DNA of 64,000 nt from positions 72,602,001 through 72,666,000 of the forward strand of contig OZ024745.1 in the NCBI GenBank assembly GCA_964016885.1. The letters run 5' to 3'. The notes beneath the pieces were generated by a model. It did no database searches, had not been told where the DNA came from, and saw nothing but the letters and a program-made list of their open reading frames with translations. This stretch comes from Eledone cirrhosa (Eukaryota). Both the position numbers and the translations under genes were made by a program. Shown here piece by piece: positions 14,806 to 25,333 of this stretch (positions are counted from its first letter, which is position 1; every line of letters starts with the position of its first letter).

Positions 14806-15876
14806 TTTTCTCGTGAGCAACATTTATGAGTTGTTCGTTGTAAACGTCAAAAATTTATTTCATAAGTGGCAAGTGTAATTTTTTAGTAATTAAATCCAAT
14901 TAAGGAAAGAGGGAAGGAAAGTGTTCATTTTTCTCTTTTATGGTCTATTTATTCTGATAAATGTATATATACTTATGTCATCCAACCTTTAGGGAAAGAA
15001 TGTGCTCGACAACACAAAAGGAATTTGTTTTGGAGTGGGACATTGCGTGGGAGTTGGAAATGTAGTCAGACTCTTATCAGTTAGATGGCAGAAAAATCAA
15101 TATAAAATTCCTTCAACATCGTAATTATCGTTCTTATAAAAGCTTAAATGAACCCATATACAATACGTTTATGTATAATAATCATACATTTAGTTTCACT
15201 GTGAATATTTTATGCTGTGAACATATCACAGCTACCTCAGAATTGGTGTAAAAACGCATTAAGAATATTTCGTATTTCTTTATTAGTCCATATCTGTATT
15301 AATATTTTGAAGTTTCAAAGCTTCATCGTCAGAATAGTCATACTAGTGGTGATCACATGCTTAACAGTGGTTATAGTGTATCATGAGAGGGGTACAAGAT
15401 CGTGATCACCGGATTAAAAATTTCTCATCGCTTCAAGTATGGCAATTATAGTTCTGTATAGATTTTCACACAAAACAAAACAATCTATATTGTAGGTTCT
15501 ATTAATATCAGTATGTGAACCAAAGATTCACACACAGATACAGCATAAACGAAACCAATTATAATAACTGCCATTCTTCAACTGTTGAGAAATTTTACAT
15601 CAGGCGTCTACGATCTTCTACAATTCGTATTATGAAGATGAAGGCGCCAAGGCTTCTAAACGTTAATATACATGGATCGAGGAATGATTCCATTCAAACT
15701 AAACTAAAGAAGTAATAAATATGCTTAATAAAAGTGATTAGACTGGAATTCAATCGCACTTTCGATATAACATGTTTGAAAGAAAAGCTGTTTCCTATTT
15801 GTACATGTATGTATGTATGTATGTATGTATGTATGTATGTATGTATGTATGTATGTATGTATGTATGTATGTATGT

Positions 15877-16480
15877 CAGGTCACCAGTTGGTGCTACTGG
15901 TAACATGTATCCCAGTACAACCTGTCTCATGGTCGAGTCGTTGGTGACTAAACTGGCAACCCCACCAAGGTTTCTTGGTGAGGAGGGTGACTTTGGACAT
16001 CCTGCAGGACTAAAAACAAAACCTGTCAAAGGGCAAAGGAGCTCTTAAGAGTCAATGGCCATCCAAAATCACCGGGAGAGATGACCCCTTAGCCTTTGTC
16101 AAGGCAGAATTCTAGGAGAAGGAAAACTCTGATATAACACCTGCAATCCTGGTGGTATCCAATGATGTTGACTTGTTCTTCTTTTTGGTAAATATCATCT
16201 TGGTTAAGAGAGTGGGACTGGCTTGGTGCAGTGCCTTTGCTCACTATAAAAGCTTCACGGCACAGGCATTGCTTTATATATGGAGATCTCTCTGCACTTG
16301 TCGTCACATGGTACCATGGGCCCAGCACTATGTGTCAATAATTGTCACAAGTGTAGTGTTTGTACCAGAGTTTTCAAGTCGCTGGCTGGACTAAAAGTCA
16401 CACTCGTTCAGCGGATCGGTAGGGGTTCTCATACATGGATATAAAGTAGTGGCCGTACTCGAAAACGAGTTGGCAGCCAC
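15877..16480 (+). mobile_element. non-autonomous RTE-related element (~605 bp), copy 1
   Basis: Embedded in (TATG)n. About 20 differences by hand alignment from the reverse complement of 42807-43411. Its 3' end matches the 3' end of the RTE LINE. No credible ORF. Confidence 0.85.
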
Positions 16481-17247
16481 TATGTATGTATGTATGTATG
16501 TATGTATGTATGTATGTATGTATGTACGTATGTTTATATATAATTTCTGTATATATACATATAATTGCTACACTTTCTAGATCATTATAGTAAACAAATG
16601 AGAGTCGTTAAGTTGTTTCAGTATTAACAAGAAATAACAATTTGTCTTTCAGTTATATAACTATTTCATATATGACACGGATAATCTGCTTTAATCGTGC
16701 TCAAAATTGGATGTTTTATGTAAACTTCTAGAATAAAAAACAAATATGTAGATCATCTCATTTCTTTTATCTATGTAATACAATAATGTGTCCTTTTGTT
16801 TGATACAATAAGTTCGGCTACGTACACTTCTGTTCATTTTCTATTTTCATTCATTGGACTACAGCCATGTTGTAATCCTGCGGTTTAGTTTTGAATGAAT
16901 ATTAGCTTCCCGAGTACTAATTTCAATCTAGACCTTACGTCTTTTATCGATCTCTATTTGTTGAACCCGTTAGCTTACAGGAGAGAAATTGATAAAACAT
17001 AGATGCACACATTGACACGCATACTAACACATGTCTGATGGGCTTTTGATTCCAGAGTCGGGTCGGATCGATAGAGATCAAAACTTGAGCTAATCAATCG
17101 CGAAACGCACGTCACACCCGAATAAACAAAATGACAATTTAACACCTCCCCCATACTTATTATTAATCCTTATAAGGTCTATAAAATAAAGTACCAGTAA
17201 TGCACTGGGATAATTGGTGGCCTTGTGCCAAAAGTAGAAACAATTAC

Positions 17248-17281
<34 letters not shown>

Positions 17282-17545
17282 GAAAAAATGAAATTTCATT
17301 TCTCACTCTTAGTACGGCTGATACTTAAATATAAGTATGTATACGTACATACATATATGTATACAGACGTTCAGTAGTATATATATACATACATGCACAC
17401 ATATATATATGTACGTATTGGTTTACCGAACATTTATTATAATGTTCGGTTTGTTTGTAAACAGTGTTCGGCAACCATCGTTGCCCTTTTGTTCAACACT
17501 GAACTAGTTTCTAGCTTATTAGCTGTCATCGCCATGCTTATTAGC

Positions 17546-17703
17546 TGTCGGACGCCATGCTTTGCAGCAAAGAGTTACGGCCTTTTATGGTCTGAGTTCA
17601 AATCCCGCCATGGTTAACTTTGCCTTTCATCCTTACGGGGTCGAGAAAATAAAGAACCAGTAATGTACTGTGTAATTGCTGGCCTTGTGCCAAAAGTAGA
17701 AAC

Positions 17704-17710
<7 letters not shown>
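17546..17710 (+). mobile_element. SINE family A, 5'-truncated
   Basis: Matches the family from GTCGGACGCCATGC to AGAAACAATTA. A further 3' fragment lies at about 17170-17246. Confidence 0.85.
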
Positions 17711-17775
<65 letters not shown>

Positions 17776-17944
17776 GGAATAGAATGAAACGAAATTTCAT
17801 TTCTCACTCTTAGTACGGCAATTACTTAAATGTAAGTATGTATGTATGTATGTATATGTACGCTAAGGAATGGCATCTTTTGGACTACGTCCTAGTCAGG
17901 ATGCGTGATAGACAGGATGTGCAGTGTGTTCGTGTTCTTCGTGG

Positions 17945-20569
17945 ACCACCGCCTGGTACGCGCAAAAGTGAAACTAATCACCAAACGTAAAATCCGGGCT
18001 CCTGGTGTTACCCTGCCCAAAAGATTGAATGCTACTCGTCTTAAGGATAAAAATGTGAAGAGGACATTGGAAGAAGAGATGCAGGCTGCAGATCTTGGTG
18101 AGGATTGGCCGACCCTTAAAAAGTCGGTTTATGATGTTCTGGGATTGGTGCAGCGAAAACATCAGGACTGGTTTGATGAGAATGATGTACATATAGAAGA
18201 CTTGTTGGCTGATAAGAGGCGTGCTCTGTCACGCTACTTGACGGCAAAACCACAGGAGAGGAATACGTTGCATGAGGAGCTCAGGGATGTAAAATCACGT
18301 GTTAGGCGGAGTCTTTCTCAGATGAAGGATCAGTGGTGGAGTGAGAAGGCCGGTGAGATACAAACTGCGTCTGATTGCAATAACACAAAGCTGTTGTACA
18401 GTCTCTTGCGTGAGGTTTATGGACCGTCTTCTTCTCTGGTGACACCGCTTCGCAGCAAGGATGGCAAAGAGCTTCTTCGTGACTCACAGGGAATTCTACG
18501 AAGGTGGCGAGAGCACTTTGATGATCTTTTGAATCAGCCGTCTGTCGTCAGTGAAGATTTCCTCAATCTAATTCCAGAAAGTCCTGTGAAAGTAGCTCTC
18601 GCAGAACCTCCGACGCTTGTGGAGGTTGCAGTGGCTATTTCGAAGCTGAACAGTGGAAGATCTCCAGGTATGGATGGCATACATGCTGAGCTCCTACAAT
18701 ATGGTGGTGAGAGACTCCTGCAACATCTGCACTCTTTGTTTGGAAGGATATGGGCTAATGAATCCGTACCTGAGGACTGGAGGGATGCAGTAATGGTGGT
18801 CTTGTACAAGGGAAAGGGTAACAGGAATGATTGTGGGAACTACAGAGGTATATCATTGCTTTCTGTCGTAGGGAAAGTTTTATGTAGGGTGCTTCTGGAC
18901 CGTCTGCTGACACACATTGCAGATTGTGTTCTTCCTGAAAGTCAATCTGGTTTTCGTGCTGGACGCGGCACTACTGATATGATCTTCTCAGCTAGACAGC
19001 TCCAGGAGAAGTGCATTGAACAAGGCTTGGATCTGTATCAGGTTTTTGTCGATCTGACAAAGGCTTTCGATACTGTCAACAGAGATGCATTATGGAAGGT
19101 TCTCCAGAAACTTGGTTGCCCTGATAAATTCCTTGCTTTTGTTAGATCTTTCCATGACGACGTGAAGGCTTGGGTTAATGTCGGAGGTAACATGTCGGAG
19201 CCTATCTCAGTAAAAAATGGAGTGAAACAGGGGGATATTCCAGCACCGACCCTGTTTGCCATATACTTTGCAATGGTTTTCTGTATTGCATTCAGGAATT
19301 GCGAGCATGGTGTTTACATCCGATATCGAACCTCAGGCAGCATATTTAACATCAGGCGCTTTGGTGCAAAGACAAAAGTATTTACATCAATCATAAGAGA
19401 CCTCTTATATGCAGATGATTGCGATCTTGTAGCGCACACAGAGAGTGATATGCAGCACATTTTGAATGCATTTTCTGACGCTTGCACTGCCCTGGTTTTG
19501 ACTGTCAGTCTCAAGAAAACCGTCGTCATGTACCAACCTGCCCCTAGTAAGCAGTACACTGAACCAAACATCTATGTGTATGGCAAACGACTTGGAGTGG
19601 TTGATGAGTTTGTCTACCTGGGAAGCACTGTCAATCGATACGGCAACCTTGACAGTGAAATCTCACTTAGGATTAGGAAAGCTAGAAAGGCGACTCTGGG
19701 GTCGGCGGGACATATGCAGGAGGACAAAGGTAAAGGTGTACAGGGCATGTGTACTCTCTTGTCTTCTTTATGCCTGCGAGACCTGGGTCACATATCGACA
19801 CCACCTTAAGCAATTGGAGCGTTTCCATCAGATGTGTCTCAGACGGATCCATGGCGTTCACTGGAGGGACCACATCAGTGATGTCGAGATTTTGGAAAGC
19901 TCTATGTGTGACAGTATAGAAGCTCTTGTGCTTAAGCAACGACTCCGTTGGAGTGGTCACCTTACCAGGATGAAGGATTCTAGAATACCAAAACAACTCT
20001 TCTATGGAGAGTTGGTTAAAGGAAAACGACCGCCACATAAACCAAAAAAGAGGTATAAGGATTCCTTGAAAGCCTCTCTGAAAGACGGTAACATCTCTGC
20101 TGATACATGGGAAAATGTTGCTGCTGATCGTAATAAATGGAGAAAGACTGTATATGAGGGAAAAGTTGCCTTTGAGGCATCTCGAATCGCACACGAGAAA
20201 GTAAAGCGGGATGTGAGGAAGGGCATTGCTGTTGCACTTCCAGACGGCGAGGGTCCTCCTATGGTGCTGACATGCAGCGTCTGTGCGAGACTCTGCCTAA
20301 GCAAAGCTGGACTCGAAAGTCATCTTCGCAGTCATAAAGTAAGACCAGTGGTTGACTACCAGGGTGCTGTTGGAGATGCTACTCATCATGCTTGCCAAAC
20401 ATGTGGTAGAGAATGTAAATCAGCAGGAGGGCTCAAGCGACATGCAAAAGTACACGAACTCCAACCACAGCCGACTATTCCCAGTGAATGTTTTGGTTGC
20501 CGACTCTGTGCAAGACATTTTAGATCATTGGCTGGGCTAAAAAGCCACATTCGATCGCAGCACTGTTAG
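17945..20569 (+). pseudogene. disrupted RTE ORF (RT + 3x C2H2)
   Basis: The ORF-track frames 17905..19809 and 19574..20569 are one protein broken near 19680 (IRKA / GKLERRLW). A further frameshift near 17945 separates the endonuclease remnant. Confidence 0.9.
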
Positions 20570-20577
20570 TTGCTATC

Positions 20578-20676
20578 GTGTGTGTGTGTGTGTGTGTAGA
20601 TATGCTTATGTGCGTGCGTGTGTGTGTATATATATATGTATATTATTATTGTTGTTGTCGTTATTATTATTATTGC

Positions 20677-20707
<31 letters not shown>

Positions 20708-20775
20708 GTTATTAATGTACGTGTGTGTATATGTGTGTGTGTATGTGTATGTATGTGTGTATGTATATATGTATG

Positions 20776-20827
<52 letters not shown>

Positions 20828-20837
20828 TTTATTTATT

Positions 20838-20903
<66 letters not shown>

Positions 20904-20945
20904 TTATTTTATTTTATTTTATTTATTTTTATTTTTTTTTTCTTC
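20578..20945. repeat. mosaic (GT)n/(TTA)n/(TA)n tract inside the RTE 3' UTR
   Basis: Lies between the RTE stop codon (20569) and the terminal motif (20952-20985). Confidence 0.85.
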
Positions 20946-21406
20946 TCGTGCAATGGCCATACTCGATAACGAGGGGGCAGCCATCATATGTACATACATA
21001 TATGTATATATATACATGTATGTATATATATATACATACTACTGTACGTCTGTATACATATATGTATGTACGTATACATACATACTTACATTTATATATA
21101 TATATATATATGAAAACTGGCGTGCTGCGTTGTTGCAAATGGGGTACATATGAATAAAATTAGTCCTTCATCAGTGATCTTCCAACCGTCATTGGTATGT
21201 CTTCGCATTAAAGATCATATACCTCTGGTTGGTGCGAGCAATAACTAAAAAAAGTTATTGGGACAAGTAAAATAGGGTGAAGCGAGCGAGAGATGTAAAC
21301 AAACAGAGATGGTAATGCAACGGAAAGAGAGGAAGAGAAGAGACAAGTCCGTGATATCTATGAACTTAAGTTCGGTGAAATCATAGACGAGAGATACAGA
21401 CCATCC

Positions 21407-21454
<48 letters not shown>

Positions 21455-21477
21455 GAACACACACACATATGTACAGC

Positions 21478-21758
21478 GAGGGCACATGGCCTAATGTTGA
21501 GGGTGTTGGGCTTACGAACATAATGTCATCGATTCTATTACTGGATAGCATGCTGCGATATGTTCTTGAGCAAATCACTTAATTTCCTGTTGCTCCAGGA
21601 CACTCAGTCGAGGATGAATACCAGCAGTAACTTAGAGTTAACCCTGCGGTAGACTGGCGTCCTCTCCAGGGAAGAGAATGTTACTCTCAGTCACTTAACG
21701 CCAAGGAAACCGGCGATAAATGCCGGCCTAACGAGCCTTCGGCTTGAGACAGACTTTT
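21478..21758 (+). mobile_element. tRNA-derived SINE, second family
   Basis: tRNA-like head (TGGCCTAATG), CORE-like TTCTTGAGCAAATCACTTAA, then AACCCTGCGGTAGACTGGCGTCCTCTCCAGGG...GGAAACCGG. Sits between (TA)n tracts. Confidence 0.65.
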
Positions 21759-21813
<55 letters not shown>

Positions 21814-21895
21814 TTAACTACGGTTCTTATATATTTGATATATATTTATCCTTATCGAGCCCTCTTTGGATTTTAGTCTTCAAATTTATTATTAT

Positions 21896-21940
<45 letters not shown>

Positions 21941-22036
21941 AATCGAACTTTGAGCTGATCAGTTGCGAAACGGGCGTCACCAACCAATAAACGTAATGAA
22001 GGAGTAATCAATCGTCCTTGTTTTACTTTATTTTAC

Positions 22037-22144
<108 letters not shown>

Positions 22145-22157
22145 AAAAGAGTCAGGA

Positions 22158-22214
22158 TCCCGACGGCTGAGCTCCGGCCGTTTCGACATAAATACTTTAT
22201 GGTTCTTTAAAGAG
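22158..22214 (-). ncRNA. degenerate hammerhead, homologous to 62624-62717
   Basis: Minus strand: ctct-TTAAAGA-ac CATAAA gta TTTATG tc-GAAA-CGGC cggagctca GCCG-TC-ggga. The downstream flank aligns with 62609-62650. Confidence 0.5.
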
Positions 22215-22422
22215 CACTTCCGATAATATGATGTAAAATGGTCATTTTCATAGTTTCAATGTGCTGTTGATTATATCAATGTATTGCTTTCATAGTGATC
22301 TAATAAAAAGCTTTCTCAATAATATACGTAGAATTTTAATCTATGTAGCTTTGCTATTTTTTATTATTATTAATATGGATATATTCATTAAACTATTTTC
22401 TTTATCTTTTTTCAATTTGTAG

Positions 22423-23244
22423 TGTTCTGCAAGTTGTGGCCCAGGTCATATGAAACGAAGTGTTGTTTGCACAACTAAAATGTCAGATGGACGTCATTTG
22501 CCTATAAAGGAACATATGTGTACATCAAACAAACCTGATACTATAAAATCTTGTTTTACGAAGGCGTGTAAAATTGATGCTCAATTTATACCTTTAATCC
22601 GTTCAGAAAATCTAACCTTTATTCAATTAAAGCAGGTTCCGTCAATAAACGTGAGAGTTGGATCAAATGCTGTAATTATTCCAAAGACACGAGTTACAAT
22701 AAGATGTCCAGTAAAAAACTTCCCACCACATATAGTTAACTGGAAAAAGAATGACTATATTCTACCATTATATGGTCGTGTGCGCAAATCTATGAAAGGG
22801 GCTTTGAAAATTCGTCATGCGATAGCTGAAAGAGATGCGGGAGTTTACACATGTTTTGCAGGTTCTCTACAAGCTAACTCTTCGATTCAATTTCAGACGT
22901 TAAAGAACGCTCAAAAAATTGCTTTAGCTTTTAATTCGGCAGATGACGATTTACAGACCAAGGTGAAGAAAAATTACAAAATATCTCCGGGCATTATTGC
23001 TGATGCTAGTGGAACTCGATACAAAAAAGTACAATTTCTTACCAAAAAATGGTCGCCTTGTACCGTTACATGCGGTTCTGGTACGCAGATGAGAGAGGTC
23101 AACTGTGCAATTAAAACTGATAGTTACCTTAAATTGTACCCTGACATGATATGTGTGAGAGCTGGCTTACAGAAACCTGAAAGTATTCAAAAATGTGTAG
23201 AAATGCACCAATGTCCAACGTGGAGAATTGATAAATGGACGAAT
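22423..23244 (+). CDS. ADAMTS-like exon: TSP1 + Ig-like domain + TSP1
   Basis: Pyrimidine tract and AG at 22421-22422, GTAAGT at 23245, 822 nt open. Reads CSASCGPGHMKRSVVC (TSP1), VTIRCPV...W...LKI...DAGVYTC (Ig) and WSPCTVTCGSGTQMREVNC (TSP1). Confidence 0.95.
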
Positions 23245-23489
23245 GTAAGTACATTATTATTGTACTCTAATATACTTTTCATTGCTTATCTAATCTTTCC
23301 TTTGCTCCTTTAAGTGAAATTACAAATTTTCATTAGCTCTCCTATTCAAGCACACGAAATAGGTACTCTCGCAATTAGGAGAGTTAGGTGATTCTCTATA
23401 TTTGTTAAATTCACAGTTGCCCATTATATTACAGCGGCTCCGTACCTATGTAAACTGCAACGGCAAATGAAATGGGGGATCTCTATTCC

Positions 23490-23750
23490 ACTGAGGTGCT
23501 GTCTACCTTACACTCATAACATCTCCCCTCTCTGCCTTTCCTATTCTACCTACTGTGGCCTCTTTACCTCAAAATTAGTTGATTTCTTACCACTTCATAT
23601 GAGGCATTTCCTAGTCACTCGTCACTCCTCTCTTCTTCACAGACCCGTACAATTTATTAGCCGATTCCCAGATCCTTAGAACGTCAGCCATCGTGAGTCA
23701 CCCACAGTTTGTTTTTCCTGCTGCCATCAAGGGAAACGATAACTGCATCA
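23490..23750 (+). mobile_element. degenerate CR1/Jockey-group LINE 3' fragment
   Basis: SPLCLSYSTYCGLFTSKLVDFLP...VTRHSSLLH and a downstream FFLLPS-like segment resemble the C-terminal region of such ORF2 proteins. Heavily decayed. Confidence 0.4.
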
Positions 23751-24318
23751 ACTTTATTGGTATCGAAGGTTGTACAAAGGTCATGGGCATAAATCCTGAC
23801 ACACTAATAAAAACTTTCTCTCAATCCTTTTTATCTGTTCAGACTTTGAAAACTATGATGAAAGCTAACTAACATTACATTACACTTCCACATAATTATT
23901 GCGATGTGTCTATGTAATCTCTAATCATCCCACCAGCTGTACACACTCTTCATAAATAATTCTTCCTAAGATTGGAACAAAGCCAGCAATTGGAGGAAAA
24001 GGAGAGTCGATTATATGGACACCCGTATTTAACTGGTACTTTATTTTATCGACCCCATAATGATGGAAAACAGAAGTAACCATGACAGGATTTGAGCTTA
24101 CAAAGTAGAAAGTCGTAAATAAATACCACGACCTATATTTCTAAGAAATAATGGTTTCCGATTTAGGCAGAAATTTGGGGGGAGGGAAAGTTGAATAAAA
24201 TCAGTCCTAGTGCCTTAATGGTAACTCGCATGTTTTATATATATGTATATGACTTAAATATGATGTTATATCAATGACATACATAATATTTAATCTATAA
24301 ATTCTTATGCAATTTCAG

Positions 24319-24501
24319 TGTACAACAGAGCATTGTATTCGTGATGGCTTTGCTATGATAACACGCCAAATTGACTGTTTATTTCCAAATGGTTCAATTG
24401 CAAATCCAACAGCATGTCACGGTGAAATGGTTCCAGAACATCGACGTATATGTGCAAATAGCAAATGCATTTCCTTGTGGCGTACATCAAAATGGACTGG
24501 T
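24319..24501 (+). CDS. ADAMTS-like exon, divergent TSP1 repeat
   Basis: TTTCAG acceptor, GTAAGC donor at 24502, 183 nt, phase 0-0. Reads CTTEHCIRDGFAMITRQIDC...CANSKCISLWRTSKWTG. Confidence 0.9.
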
Positions 24502-24630
24502 GTAAGCATACTATACATATTTTTCTTTTTGTCTTTGTCTTAAGTATATATATATATTGTAGCACAATAAAGTAATGCAAATATCGGATAGGTAGCACTC
24601 AACAGTTTATTGGACTGGAGTATATATAAG

Positions 24631-24919
24631 AAGAAATTAAAAGATGGTTAAAAATGTTCCATGTATTTTTTTATGCGCATTTCAAAAACAAATATCATCC
24701 AGGGACGATATTTGCGTTATCATCAGATAAAATAGGGAGAAATGATATGAAGATTAAAAAAGACACTTGTGAGCAAGGTAGTGTCTAAATAACATATGTT
24801 GTTTAGACACTACCTTGCTCATATCATCCAGGGACGAAATATCGTCCCTAGATGATATTTGTTTTTGAAATGCGCATAATACAATACATGGAACTTTTTT
24901 AACCATATTTTAATTTCTT
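24631..24919. repeat. nested inverted repeats
   Basis: Outer arms 24631-24713 and 24837-24919, inner palindrome 24770-24821. Confidence 0.9.
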
Positions 24920-25185
24920 ATATATATATATCTTGTTGAGACAATATTTTGTCTTATCATAATGGAATACTGAACAATGATTTTATTTATGAATCCAAAC
25001 AAGAAAACTATTATTTAATATGATATTTCAGAGCACGTATATAACATATAAGTTTCATACTCTTAATTAATTAAAAACATTTGAATTAATACTTGACGAA
25101 ACTTCTTTAAAAATATATCAATTTTATGCGAAGCAAATTATTGAAATATTTAAGTTTCTAATTTTATTATTTACCATAACTTCAG

Positions 25186-25333
25186 TGCCGACCTTACTGC
25201 GGTCCGACCAGATACAAATATAGAATCTTGTCTTGTGCATGGAAACATTCTAAGAAACCTGCTGGAATTAATTGCAAGAGGAAACAACGGCCTCATGCTC
25301 GCGTTGCCTGTGAAAGCAGCTCTTGTATTAATG
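25186..25333 (+). CDS. ADAMTS-like exon, TSP1 repeat (not in ORF track)
   Basis: TTCAG acceptor, GTAAGT donor at 25334, 148 nt, phase 0-1. Reads CRPYCGPTRYKYRILSCAWKHSKKPAGINCKRKQRPHARVACESSSCIN. Confidence 0.9.

Larger units (their letters stand above)
17861..20985 (+). mobile_element. RTE-clade LINE, 5'-truncated, two frameshifting deletions
   Basis: Shows the end of an APE endonuclease (WHLLDYVLVR...DHRLV), RT motifs (PESQSGFR, FVDLTKAFDTV, GVKQG, LYADD, YLGS), the RTE C-terminal RLRWSGH..RM.DSRIPK motif and three C2H2 fingers, with TAG at 20567-20569. The 3' UTR is microsatellite-rich. Possible low-complexity TSD ATATGTAC at 17854-17861 and 20986-20993. Confidence 0.95.

Noticed and set aside
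15877-15990. HDV-like or twister ribozyme assignment
   Set aside because: P1/P1.1 of the HDV fold and the twister core could not be matched. Kept only as an unassigned structure.
15694-16394. ORFs in the 605-bp element, repeated at 42.7-43.7 kb
   Set aside because: They start in microsatellite or are short, with no domain. Their recurrence just reflects the repeat.
17974-20540. Minus-strand and alternative-frame ORFs overlapping the LINE
   Set aside because: Shadows of the RTE ORF with no independent motifs.
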